Shown here: positions 1 through 11,829 of the stretch, piece after piece
How positions within the stretch are numbered: position 1 is the first letter of the stretch
How the letters are laid out: each line of letters starts with the position of its first letter
Assembly (NCBI GenBank): GCA_964016885.1
Contig: OZ024740.1
Span: 163,494,001 to 163,558,000 of the forward strand
Direction: 5' to 3'
From: Eledone cirrhosa
Taxonomy: Eukaryota
Length of the DNA: 64,000 nucleotides
Notes under the pieces: model-generated
Databases searched by the model: none
What the model saw: only the letters and a program-made list of their open reading frames with translations
What the model was told of the DNA's origin: nothing
Program-made: the position numbers and the translations under genes

Positions 1-1750
1 TGTTCTTGGCATAGAGTTTCAGATCGTCCACAAAGAAGTTATGGGTTAGGTTCGTATTTCTGTCCTCCTGTGAGCCAATGATGTATCCCTCACATTTCTT
101 GAGCAGAAAGGACAAGGGGTTTAATGACAAGATGAATAATATCACAGAGAGACTGTCCCCCTTAAATATACCTCTGCGATATTTTATTTTATCAGTGAAA
201 ATAGAGTCCTCCCTCTCTGTCTTTAACCTTAGGATAGTAGCCCAAGAAGAAGACAGCCTCTCTATGTCTCTGACAATAATGTCTGGGACTTTAGCAAGTT
301 GGAGGGCCTCTATCATCCAAGAGTGGGGAACAGAATCGAAAGCTTTCCTGTAGTCCAGCCAGACTGTAGCCATATTCCTCCTAAGTTGTCGCACCTCCGA
401 CATCGCAGTTTTGTTGATTAGGAGTTGTTCAGCACATCCCCAAACCCCTTTCTTTCCAGCTGCTTGTTCATCTGTGATGAAGTTATTATTTTCACAGTGA
501 TCTTGGGGGAATAGGTTCAGGCAGGCTGTATACATCTTATACATCAGGTTCTGGCATGCAATGGGTCGGTAGTTTTTTGCCAAGTAGGTGTCTTTGTTCT
601 TGGGGACCAGTAATGTTTGTGCTAATGTCAACCATTCTGGTATAAGTGTATCTCCCTTAAGAACTTGTTGGTAGAGGTCAGTAAGATACCTCCGATAGAA
701 TATCAGTTTTTTGTACCAGTATCCGACAATCATGTCTCTTCCTGGTGTATTCTTATCTTGGAGTTTTCCTATCACAGTCTCAAGAGTACCCTCACTTATT
801 TCGTATGTTTTTTGTTGTAGTGTCGGGGCAATAGTTCTTTTGGATTTCTCTTAGCCACACTGCATCTTGGTTGAAATTCTTCTTTTCACCCCATATTTTG
901 CTCCAAAAGGAATCCATTTCTTTCTGGGATGGGGCCTCAGTGACACTTATTATTTTGCCCTTCATATCTCTATAGACTAATGTTTGGTTTCGTCTGAATC
1001 TTTTATTAAGCACTTTTCTCTCATCTACCTTCTTCAGGTATCGGCGTTTTTCGCTAACAGCTCTCAATTCTTGTTTGAGGGTGATCAGCTTATATTGGAG
1101 AGTTCTGGTTCTACTGTTACCAAACATCGTCTCTATTTTATTTTTCACTCTTTTCACTCTGAGGAGTGAGGTTTTTTTTAGTTTGTTTGCATATAAGGAG
1201 CATTGTCACATATCCTATGTTTTTTCGTAGGTCAGCAATCTTTTTTTCTATTTTAGTTATATATGATGGTATTTTTGGTGGTGTTCTGTTCTTGTTAATA
1301 TCTCTGCTATCACCAAGATAATGCTTCACTGTCGTTGCTAAGATATATAAACAGGCGTTGATTTTCCAAAATGTTGGGGTTTTTATCCGTCGTAAATATT
1401 CATCCCCTATTTTGTCAATAACACGTAATATTTCATTATTTGGTTTTTTATTAAACATTGTCGTTTTAATACGTTCAGCAAGAGAGATATTTATACATGA
1501 GTTAATTTCTCTCTGGAAGATTTCGTTGAGGGAAAATTTCAATTGTTTATACTTTTGATTATTATCATTATCGATAGTATTTTCCACAATAGTCGAGGTA
1601 GACTCGGATGGTACACGTGGTGTCAAATTTCTTCGATTATTATTATTATTTCTTCGATTATTATTATTATCGATAGTGTTTTCCCCAGCATTCGAGGTAG
1701 CTTAGATGGTACAGGTGGTGTCAAGTTTCTTACAGGCATAGTTGTTTCAA
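1..1750 (-). mobile_element. R4/Dong-type (RLE) non-LTR retrotransposon, 5' half, frameshifted, runs off window start
   Basis: Minus strand at 1-46 reads THNFFVDDLKLYAKN (RT YxDD-type motif); further motifs include YRPIACQN, WLDYRKAFDSVPH and GIFKGDSLS; ORFs 792-1157 and 1138-1626 (FWSKIWGEKKNFNQDAVWL) resemble the element at 59097. Confidence 0.85.
1555..1735. repeat. Degenerate ~100-bp tandem duplication at the 5' end of the Dong-like element
   Basis: ATCGATAGT(A/G)TTTTCC...CGAGGTAG...GATGGTACA(C/G)GTGGTGTCAA occurs twice (~1570-1630 and ~1669-1730). Confidence 0.7.
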
Positions 1751-2180
1751 GGCGCTATATGTATTATGTATGTATGTATGTATGTATGTATGTATGTATG
1801 TATGTATGTATGTATGTATGTGTGTGTTCTTCTGGTTTTATAATTTCACAAATGTTTGCCAATAGACAGAGTCGGTTTCTAACATAGATACAAGACTCTC
1901 TCATTGGAATTTACACATCAACTAGGTAGATATGTCTGCATGTCTGCATGTATGCATGTATGCATGTATGCATGTATGTGCAGATATGGGTTGTTGAATG
2001 TGTGGATGTGGATGTTTTGAGTTGTATGTGTGCATGTGTATATGCTTTGTATCTGTACATGTGTACATGAAGTTATTAGATGCAGAATTTTTGGAATGTT
2101 TTACATATTTTTACTGTTCCATTAATGGATTGTACTTTTAATTTCTTAACTAGTTTGTATGTGTGCGTGTGTGTGTTTGA

Positions 2181-2337
2181 TGGCGGCGAATTGGCAGAGT
2201 CGTTAGAACGTCGGATAGAATGCTTTGTAGTGTTCGTTTCGGCTCTCTACTCTCTGAGTTCAAATCCCACCGAGGTCAACTTTGCCTTTCCTCCATTCGA
2301 GATTGATAAAAAAAGTGCATGTCTAGTACTGGGGTTA
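2181..2337 (+). mobile_element. tRNA-derived SINE (family A)
   Basis: Box A-like TGGCAGAGTCG, box B GAGTTCAAATCC and body GAGGTCAACTTTGCCTTTC...GATAAA shared with at least 7 other copies in the window. Confidence 0.75.
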
Positions 2338-2486
2338 CTTCTTCCTCTATATCTTTTTCTCACTTCCATTTCCCCACTCTCTATCGTTCTCTAAAAGAAA
2401 TCTGCTGTATTCAGACCTGGAGAGGATTAGGCTCCACCTTATGCCAATACGGTGCCCCTGTGACTCCCTCGGGAGATACGGGACCT

Positions 2487-3065
2487 TGTATGTATGTATG
2501 TATGTATGTATGTATGTATGTATGTATGTATGTATGTATGTATGTATGTATGTATGTATGTATGTATGTATGTATGTATGTATGTATGTATGTATGTATG
2601 TATGTATGTATGTATGTATGTATGTATGTATGTATGTATGTATGTATGTATGTATGTATGTATGTATGTATGTATGTATGTATGTATGTATGTATGTATG
2701 TATGTATGTATGTATGTATGTATGTATGTATGTATGTATGTATGTATGTATGTATGTATGTATGTATGTATGTATGTATGTATGTATGTATGTATGTATG
2801 TATGTATGTATGTATGTATGTATGTATGTATGTATGTATGTATGTATGTATGTATGTATGTATGTATGTATGTATGTATGTATGTATGTATGTATGTATG
2901 TATGTATGTATGTATGTATGTATGTATGTATGTATGTATGTATGTATGTATGTATGTATGTATGTATGTATGTATGTATGTATGTATGTATGTATGTATG
3001 TATGTATGTATGTATGTATGTATGTATGTATGTATGTATGTATGTATGTATGTATGTATGTATGT
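2487..3065. repeat. Perfect (TATG)n microsatellite, ~144 units
   Basis: Uninterrupted tetranucleotide run; source of the spurious MYVC/HTYI ORFs. Confidence 0.98.
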
Positions 3066-3659
3066 TTGACAAATTTATTAAACATTTCTTTACGTAAAAC
3101 ATAATAAACATCACCATGGATAAAATCTCAACAGCTGGACAGGTATGTTGAAATAACTACAGAATTTCCATCACAAATATTTTTTCATTTATAGCCAATC
3201 TCTGATCCAGCTGATAGCTATAGAATAGAGTTAATCTGATAAACTGCAGCAAAGAATTTATCGAATATAATCAGATCGACTCATTTTATTCTCTAAACGA
3301 TAGTTTTGCCTCCGGCGTACAACTGGCATTATTTCACCGAGCACAGAACATTCAAATTAGCGGCTGCCATGTCAGTTTTGGAACTTGAATTTATTTTAAG
3401 TAACAACATACACACGCCACGTGCATCATATTAATCCTAATTATTTTTTTTAATATAATTATTAGTTTCAACTAACTATTGCTGAGTCAGCCAGTGTGGT
3501 TCACTGACTTGGCTCTTTTTTTTTTAAGTTCATAATAATTTGATTATCTTATTCAGGCAATGAAGAATAGGGAATATTAGTTAATATTTTTCGAATAGTG
3601 TTAGCTAGATCTGCCTCTCTAACCATTATGCAAGCTAGTTAGTAATCATATATACATAC

Positions 3660-5392
3660 GTTTCATGGAACAAATGGTACTTCATCCAACAAGAGGCGAG
3701 AATATCCTGGATCTCTACTTCACAAATAACACGGAGCTCATCCACAATGTGAAAGTGACACCAACGATTTTCTCGAAACATAACATAGTAGAAGTAGTAA
3801 TGTATAATCCGAGGTAGACTGTAGATATACAGCCGATGTGAAGCACTCTATCCAGCTTAAACCTCCACAAAGCTAACTGGAAAAGGATTCAGGGGGAGTT
3901 CCTGAAGCAAAACTAGATCGATTGTCTCTCTAAGGAAGATGTCAACATACAGCTTGAGAATTTCATGGAAATAATACATATGCTTTACGTTTGCTCCGGA
4001 AAGAAAGGCCAACAAACACAAACATATTATTCCCAAAGACAGGACAATTCTTATGAGAAGGAGAACGGCTACATATACAAGTAAAGAACAAAAAGGAATC
4101 CCATTTGAAGCAGGTAGAGTATGAAATTGAAAATGAACTCAAACTCTTGCATGAAAAGGAGAGAGCAGAAAGAAATTCCTGTGCTATAGAAAACATAAAG
4201 ACTAACCCTAAGGCCTTCTTTAAATTTTGAAAAGAGACCCAAGGGATAAGTGAAACACATGGAAATAAATAAACCAGGTGAGTTCTTTAACACCATTGCA
4301 TTACACAGAGAAATGGCAACCATCAACCACATAGATATAAAGGAGAAAGATGTAACACCAGCCATAGACGAAATTAGACCAAATTCAGCTGCTTAAAACA
4401 TGCAGTCGAATATTAACAAAACCACTGCAGATCCTTTCCCAAAGATCCCTCGCAAGTGGTAAACTACTCGGAAAACAAAAAGAAGGCATAAGTCCTATCC
4501 ATAAAGGAGGACGTAGAGCAGATGCTAAAATCTACAGACCAGTCTCCCTGACCTTACATATCATCAAAGTCATGGAACGGATCATCTGAAGGAAGCTGAT
4601 TACTTTTCTAAATGAAAATGGTCTCCTAACTGACACCCAGCATGGCTTTCGCCCGTGTGGAAGTTGCTTTACGCAGCTCTTGCAACATTATGACTGGATA
4701 CTCAAACAGCTGCTAGACCGTTCGAATGTGAATGTCGTATAGCTAGACTTTATGAAGGCCTTCAGCAAGATTGGTCATGGAATAATATATCACCAACTCC
4801 GTAGCTGGAAAACTAGCTGAATGGTTTTATGACTTCTTAAAAGACAGAAGCCAGACTGTTGCCGCCAACGGGGCCCTCTCAATAGAAACGTCAATAACAA
4901 GTGACTTGCCACAGAAACCGTCTTGGGACCACTACTGTTTGTGGTGGCTCTCTCAGACACACTCTCTATTATGGACAACCTCCCTCACAAGCTATGCTGG
5001 TGGCACGAAAGTAGCTCAGGCAATCAAGAAACCGATGTCATATACGAATGGGCTAAAGACAACAATATGTAATTTGATGCGGGTAAGTTTCATACCCTCT
5101 GCTATCAACGCACAAACATAGGCCCACCACAAAAAGGTGCGCTGGACCAGGAGGAATCAAAATTCCAGAGTCAAAATCAATACGAGACCTAGATATTGAC
5201 ATTAGTAATGATGCATCGTTTCATGTACACATCACCAAAATGACATCAATGTGCAGGCAACTGGCTGGTTGGATTCTGAGCACTTTCTGGACAAGAGACC
5301 CGGAAACCATGCTGGTCCTCTGGATGACATTCCTCCTCAGCCAACTGGACTATTTCTCTCACCTGTGGTCGCCTCACATTGTCAAACTAATG
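3660..5392 (+). mobile_element. Degenerate CR1/L2-group LINE (APE end plus RT), pseudogenised
   Basis: Translated fragments PTRGENILDLYFTN, HKGGRRADAKIYRPVSLT, QHGFRP, LDFMKAF, VLGPLLF and RDLDI, with many stops and frameshifts. Confidence 0.8.
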
Positions 5393-6920
5393 CAATTAAA
5401 ATATGCAAAAATATTATATGTTTCAAATACCATTTTAGAATTAACTGAATAGTACTCAATATTTGCGAGTAGAGTGTACAACTTATTTCCTAAGTTGAAA
5501 AGTATGAGTGATTTCGAAGTTTCAGCTTTCAAGTTGGAGAATCTATTTGTGATGGAGAGCCAAATGTATTTGTGGGTATGTATATTTTTGTTGGGTTGGT
5601 GATTGATTTTTATTGGTTGTGGGATGGGAGAGTTTATAGTGCTGGGGTGTTTGTATTTAAAAATGTACGTTTAAGAATTTATATATAAGAATGGTTTAGA
5701 ACAATATTATTGGGCGTAATGAGTAGGAAATTGTGAAAGAGTTTTATGTGTTGGTCAAGCAAAGCAGTTCAGCTTAATGTTATTAACCAATGCTGATAAG
5801 TATTTATGTTTATGTATCAGGTTATTGTGTATTTTGTTGGACGGGAAATTTGGTGTTTTATTGCTAGTTCTTGAAAATAATGGGTGGTTGAAGTAGGAAA
5901 TGTTTCTCTTTCTGTTTTATTATTTTCATAGTTTTTCGTTTTTGGTGTATTGCATTTTGTTTTTGTATTTGCTAATTTGTAAGGTGTTATTATATGCATA
6001 TGTATATATGTATGTGTCCTTGCATCGCCGCCGGCGTGTGCTTATATATATGCCTATATATGTGTGCACAACAGAATGTGCACTTGTGTGCGTCTAATTA
6101 TATATATATATATATATATTGATTTATTTATTTATTAAAATAACAGATTAAAGTTTAAGCAAAGAATCGCTGCTTTCACTCTTAACAGGATCTTCTGAAA
6201 CTAAAAGAATCAATCTGTGAACGCAGAAGTAAATATTTCGAAAAACGTTGCAGCCGAAGGAAAATAGGAAGCTGATACGTTGGTTCGTGGAGACGTTCCC
6301 TGGCAATGAACGGAAAAAGGCGAAGATAATACGGCATTATGTGGAGCGCTGAGAACAATTACACGCAAAGACAAAACCACGTTTATGGTATAAATAAAGT
6401 TGAAGGCTAATATTCTATATAGGTGGTTCGTGGAGACGATCCCTGATATTGAACGGAAAAAAAGCGAAGATAATACGGCATTATGTGGAGCGGTGAGAAC
6501 AATTACACGCAAAGACAAAACAACGTTTATGGTATAAATGAAGTCGTAGACTAATATTCTATTTAGGAAACCGAATGATTCTCGGCTTCAAAGTGAAGAA
6601 TAATGTAAATAAATTAGTACAACGAAAATGACAGAGGTTATTGAAATAAACAATAATTAAATATATACATACACGCATCCATATCCGTACATACCCATGC
6701 ATACGCGAAAACACCCGCCATGGTGTACATAAACGCGCACGTACACATAAACACGCGCACACATACAAAAACCCACGCGACACCTGTATCCGCACACATA
6801 CACCAAATACACATAAAAAATATATATATGTTTGTATAATTCTATAAATGTATATAAATATACACATAAATACCTATATTTGGCTCCCTCGGTTGAGCAC
6901 TCTATTGTCTTATATTCATC

Positions 6921-7596
6921 ATGCAGAAACAACATCTGAATATTTCTACAAAGAACATATCCCTACCAAGCAGGAAGACATACCTAAAACTCTTGATACA
7001 GAAAACGGACTCGTTCATTAAAATGTTGCGTTGGCGTGCCTTTTATTTCGATAATCGGGAAAAAGTGGACAATAAACAGGATAAATTTGGGTTTAAAACT
7101 TATAACAACCCGCCGAGTAACCCAGCATTGCTACCCTTTGAAAACGATGTCTTGGAACTCATACGGAGTATCAAATTTCGGAATAGGAGCAACTCCTTCC
7201 AGTAGGACCTGAAGAATAGAATTCGTTCTATTAAGGATTCTAATGCCGTGCACGCCAACGCCGATAAAACTGGCATTCTATATCAAGTGGAGCGCAGTAC
7301 TGCTACATAATGCTCTAACTAAGGATTACCGAAAAACTAATCGGAGTGTCATTAATGACATCAACGATGCTAGGTTTAAACTTACCTCTGAACTCAACAT
7401 CCAGGACCGGACTGAACCTCTGGACCCTATTTCTCCCCACTTTACCCTAAAGGATCACAAGCCCAATTTCGCCAACAACCCCTCTATTCGGCTTATTAAC
7501 CCTACGAAGTCCGATTTAGGTAGACTTAGTAAACGGATTTTAGATAGAATTATACCGGAAATTAGAAGCTTCGCCCTCCACGAACCACCTAAATAG
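6921..7596 (+). pseudogene. PLE reverse transcriptase N-terminal fragment (TAG stop at 7203, frameshift, truncated)
   Basis: ORFs 6921-7205 and 7243-7596; breaks off before the RT catalytic motifs. Confidence 0.8.
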
Positions 7597-7808
7597 AATA
7601 TTAGCCTTCAACTTTGTTTATACCATAAACGTGGTTTTGTCTTTGCGTGTAATTGGACTCCCCGCTCCACATAATGGCGTATTATCTTCGCTTTTTCCGT
7701 TCATTGCCAGGGAACGTCTCCACGAACCAAAGTATCGTCTTTCTGTTTTCCTACGGTTGCAACATTTTTCGAAATATTTACTTCTGCGTTCACAGATTGA
7801 TTATTTTT

Positions 7809-7859
7809 AGTTTCAGAAGATCCCGTTGAGGGTGAAAGCAGCGATTCCTTGCTTAAACT
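7809..7859 (+). ncRNA. Type I hammerhead ribozyme-like motif (inverted copy at ~6153-6203)
   Basis: AGUUU-CAGAAGA-UCCC guuga GGGU-GAAA-GCA...UGC-UU-AAACU: helix I, II and III pair; core has A at U4 in both copies. Confidence 0.6.
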
Positions 7860-7972
7860 TTAATCTGTTATTTTAATAAATAGTTGCTCTAGGGTTCTTA
7901 TATATTTGATATATATTTATCCTTATCGAGCCCTCTTTGGATTTTAGTCTTCAAATTTATTATTATTATTAC

Positions 7973-8014
7973 TATATATATATATATATATAAATATATA
8001 TATATTATTATTAT

Positions 8015-8090
<76 letters not shown>

Positions 8091-8095
8091 ATATG

Positions 8096-8126
<31 letters not shown>

Positions 8127-8129
8127 GTG

Positions 8130-8218
<89 letters not shown>

Positions 8219-8243
8219 GTATATATATATGTATATATATATA

Positions 8244-8287
<44 letters not shown>

Positions 8288-8394
8288 TACATTATATTAT
8301 ATTATATTATATTATATTACATTATATGTGTATGAGGATATATGTAGTTTTATGTGAGCATATGCGTGTTTATATATATGTTTATACACACACT

Positions 8395-8436
<42 letters not shown>

Positions 8437-8437
8437 G
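7973..8437. repeat. Compound (TA)n/(TG)n/(TATAT)n microsatellite
   Basis: Direct reading. Confidence 0.95.
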
Positions 8438-8710
8438 TTCGTTTTTGTATTTGGTTTTCAAGATTTCTTTACCTAAAAACGTGTGTTGAAACAGATATTG
8501 TTAAACTTTGGGAGGGTCACACAGCCCATAAAAACCAGATGCTGTAGGTAGAACAAAGAAGAGTTAAAACATAACAACAAAAGTAGTCACTCAGGAGGTC
8601 ACATAATGTGTGACGAAAGAGCTTTCATGACAATCAACAACTGAACAAATATCCGTTTGTTAAAATAACCAACTGGGAAATTATAATTATAAATGAATTG
8701 AAATCCAACA
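8438..8710 (+). mobile_element. PLE terminal-repeat remnant with degenerate hammerhead (same family as 28424-29080)
   Basis: AAAACGTGTGTT..TTTGGGAGGGTCA..GAGGTCACATAATGTGTGACGAAAGAGCTTTC matches the reverse complement of 28773-29080; flanked by (TA)n. Confidence 0.65.
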
Positions 8711-8753
8711 GGTCTGTGCGTTTTTTATTGACAACATGAACCCCCTAAAGTAT

Positions 8754-8784
<31 letters not shown>

Positions 8785-9599
8785 TCTTTTAAAGAAAAGG
8801 AAGAGAGACGTAATTCATTTTTAACATTAGTTTATTACATTCTATCATACATGTTATGTACATATTTCAAATTTTAAAATGTCGTTATTCAACTCTTAAC
8901 AGTTGCATTATCGTCGGACATGTGTTTAAATGTAAATAAAAATGTTTTTTTTTTATATGTCCGCAATCAAAGAGATGTTGACATTTCAGTTCTCATTTCA
9001 GTATACTGAAATGTAAACTTCTATAAACACCCGTATCCCACACCCAATATAAATCTATCAACCAATCATACACAAATTCATTATACACATACCCATAAAC
9101 ACATTTCGCACCATATCACAAATGGTTTCTCCTACCCAACTGCTATTCCATCAAGCCATCAAAAATACATTTTCCTACCTCCATACCCTTTACCTAACCA
9201 GCTATAATTGACTGATACTAGAACAACATACAAACGCTTTTACTAATATTTGCCTACCACTTCCATTAATACTGTCCTAAGCTTGAAAATAGTTTTTCAA
9301 CATGTGTATTCATTTTTAATATAGAAATTTCTCCACCTTTTCAAATATAAAAATTCCCCCACTTTTAAACATCCACATCCGATACACTAAATATTCCCAC
9401 ATACACACACACACGCGCGCACGCGCGCTCACACATAAACACACACACACACTCACTCACACACACATACAGATGACACCCAATAAAAATCAATCAACCA
9501 TCAAATATACTTACAGAAACACGTATACACATATATATTTGGTACCCTAAAACAGATTATCTAATTCTTGTACCTCATACCCAGACCCGCACTATCCTA

Positions 9600-9760
9600 T
9601 TTTTAAGAGGTCTGATAACCGATAGTTTTATCCCCAGTCTGGAATTAGCTGTCGAAACAGCTAGATCTCAGCGGTCAGGATCCTGACTCTCTCTAATATA
9701 GTTACACTCTACTATCCCAAGTATTGAGTACTCTGGTAAATAATGGTCTTACTAATTTTA
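9600..9760 (+). mobile_element. PLE terminal-repeat remnant with degenerate hammerhead
   Basis: CTGATAA...CTGTC-GAAA-CAGCTA, then ACTCTACTATCCCAAGTATTGAGTACTCTGGT shared with the 11423, 36261 and 41787 copies. Confidence 0.55.
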
Positions 9761-9907
9761 AAATGGTAAAATCCTGATATATATATATATGTGTGTGTGT
9801 GTGCGTGTGTGTGTGTGTGCAAGTGTGTGACTGATAAGTGTCAAAAAGCCAGTACAAAGTGGTAAAAGTATATAAAGGGCAAAGGATGATAAATATAACA
9901 AAATAAT

Positions 9908-10213
9908 TGTTTCTATTTTAGGCACAAGGCCAGCAAATACCCAGTGCATTACTGGTACTTTATTTTATCGACCCCGTAAGGATGAAAGGCAAAGTCAACC
10001 TCGGCAGGATTTGAACTCAGATCGTAAAGGGACGTAACTATGCTGGAAAGCATGGCGTCCGACCCTCTACCGACACTGCCAATCCACCAAATAATAATAA
10101 TTGTTTCTACGTTAGGCACAAGGCCAGCAATTACCCAGTGTATTACTGGTACTTTATTTTATCAACCCCGTAAGGATGAAAGGCAAAGTTAACCTCGGAG
10201 GGATTTGAACTCA
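9908..10213 (-). mobile_element. Two tandem family A SINEs (one full, one 5'-truncated) within a 23-bp TSD
   Basis: GATGATAAATATAACAAAATAAT at 9885-9907 and 10214-10236. Confidence 0.85.
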
Positions 10214-10457
10214 GATGATAAATATAACAAAATAATGTAATGTTTTAACCAGTATATTTTAACATGTTATTTCTGGACTAAACCCTCTTTTCAAAACCGA
10301 ACGGTCGATGTGATCTTCCCCGTTTTTGTTTTGAACCGTTTGTGTTTCACATGTATTGGGATTTTTAATCTTATCAGTCGTTTAATACATACCTCACAAG
10401 GCATCGTATTAACTATACTACTATATATATATGTTATATATACTATGTTATATATAT

Positions 10458-11192
10458 ACTATGTTTATTCCCTTTCAGAAACTAATTAGTTGGAGTGAAA
10501 TTTTAGTAAGTAAGTTAATTTTTATAATTTTCTTATTTTACGTCTCTCATATTATTGTTCTGCATCCCCATGCATTGAACCACAAAGTTACTAAGACAAA
10601 ACCTATATATTTGCTGGCATAGGTATGCATCTGTATATATATATGTTAGTAGATATACTAATTCTTTATAAATATCTCCAAATTATTTTGTCGAGCCAAA
10701 ATTGGCCAAAACTGCTACTATAGTTCATAGTAACGGTCCGGCTGCTGTCTTCTTAACAAACCACTCTTCACTGATTGACCTCGATGTCACGTGATTGATT
10801 CTTTTGAATTTGCAACCGACGCAGTAGGCAGTGATTTTTTCAATGGCTTGGAACTTAGTCCACGCTTTGCTTTTTTCCATCCACTGAATTATTTTTGTAT
10901 AAGTTCCCTGTGTCCACGTATTGCCTGGAAACTTAGCTGAGAATAGACTTCCCTGATGACGAAAGGCTTCTCCGTACGTTTCTTCGGAAACTATGTTTAT
11001 TCCCTTTCAGAAACTAATGAGTTGGAGTGAAATTTTAGTAAGTAAGTTAATTTTTATAATTTTCTTATTTTACGTCTCTCATATCATTGTTCTGCATCCC
11101 ATGCATTGAACCACAAAGTTACTAAGACAAAACCTATATATTTGCTGGCATAGGTATGCATCTGTATATATATGTTAGTAGATATACTAATT

Positions 11193-11197
<5 letters not shown>
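10458..11197 (+). mobile_element. Partial tandem of a PLE-type terminal repeat (~205-bp direct repeats) with hammerhead core
   Basis: 10458-10665 is nearly identical to 10990-11195; CTGATGA-CGAA...TTCG-GAAAC at ~10953-10991. Confidence 0.7.
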
Positions 11198-11247
<50 letters not shown>

Positions 11248-11384
11248 GGTAGATATCATAAAAAGGTAATGTATTCCGAGTGTTTACAAATGTTTGAGTA
11301 ACTCCTCACAGTACGTCGACTCTATCTAGTGTAGTAATTAACCATTACTGCATTCAGGATAATCCTAAGCATTTCCTGCATAAC

Positions 11385-11422
<38 letters not shown>

Positions 11423-11426
<4 letters not shown>

Positions 11427-11628
11427 GAAGGAGGTGTGGTAAGGAACCAGATGGACCATAACGCACCAGAGTACTCAATACTTAGGGTAGTAGAGTGAGT
11501 AATAGGAAAATGTTTAACCCCGACGGCAGAGCTCAAGCCGTTTCGACGGTAATTTCTGGACTGAAATAGTCCAGAAATAGCCGTCGAAACGGCTTCAGCT
11601 CTGCCGTCGGGGTTAAACATTTTCCTAT
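11423..11628. mobile_element. Foldback PLE-LTR derivative in (TA)n
   Basis: ~60-bp inverted arms 11503-11562 / 11568-11627 (AGGAAAATGTTTAACCCCGACGGCAGAGC...GTTTCGACGG). Confidence 0.75.
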
Positions 11629-11829
11629 ATATATAGAGAGAGAGAGAGAAACCGCTAGACTGGCTATAATGAACTGTCTTCGTCGTTCTGTACTGAAATA
11701 TGGCATCACAGCAGTACATTAGATTTTCTGAGGATTGGTGGATTTGTATTTCAATTTTTCTTTCCGTTTTCCTCATACTTCATTCGTAACAGGAATATAT
11801 AAAAATATGAAAATATGAAAAATATTTGA

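Larger units (their letters stand above)
6130..7882 (+). mobile_element. Penelope-like element (PLE), internally deleted, with inverted terminal repeats
   Basis: 6130-6560 (containing an internal tandem duplication) is the reverse complement of 7593-7882; between them ORF pieces 6921-7596 encode STKNISLPSRKTYLKLLIQKTDSFIKMLRWRAF, ADKT and TLKDHKPNFANNPSIRLINPTKSDLGRLSK, typical of a PLE RT N-terminus. Confidence 0.85.

Noticed and set aside
2319-3117. Long ORFs of MYVC/HTYI repeats (and the many YI/CV/HT ORFs elsewhere)
   Set aside because: Translations of stop-free microsatellites; not genes.
6921-7596. Selenocysteine read-through, as reported for some Naiad PLEs
   Set aside because: The interrupting stop at 7203 is TAG, not TGA, and no SECIS element was recognisable.
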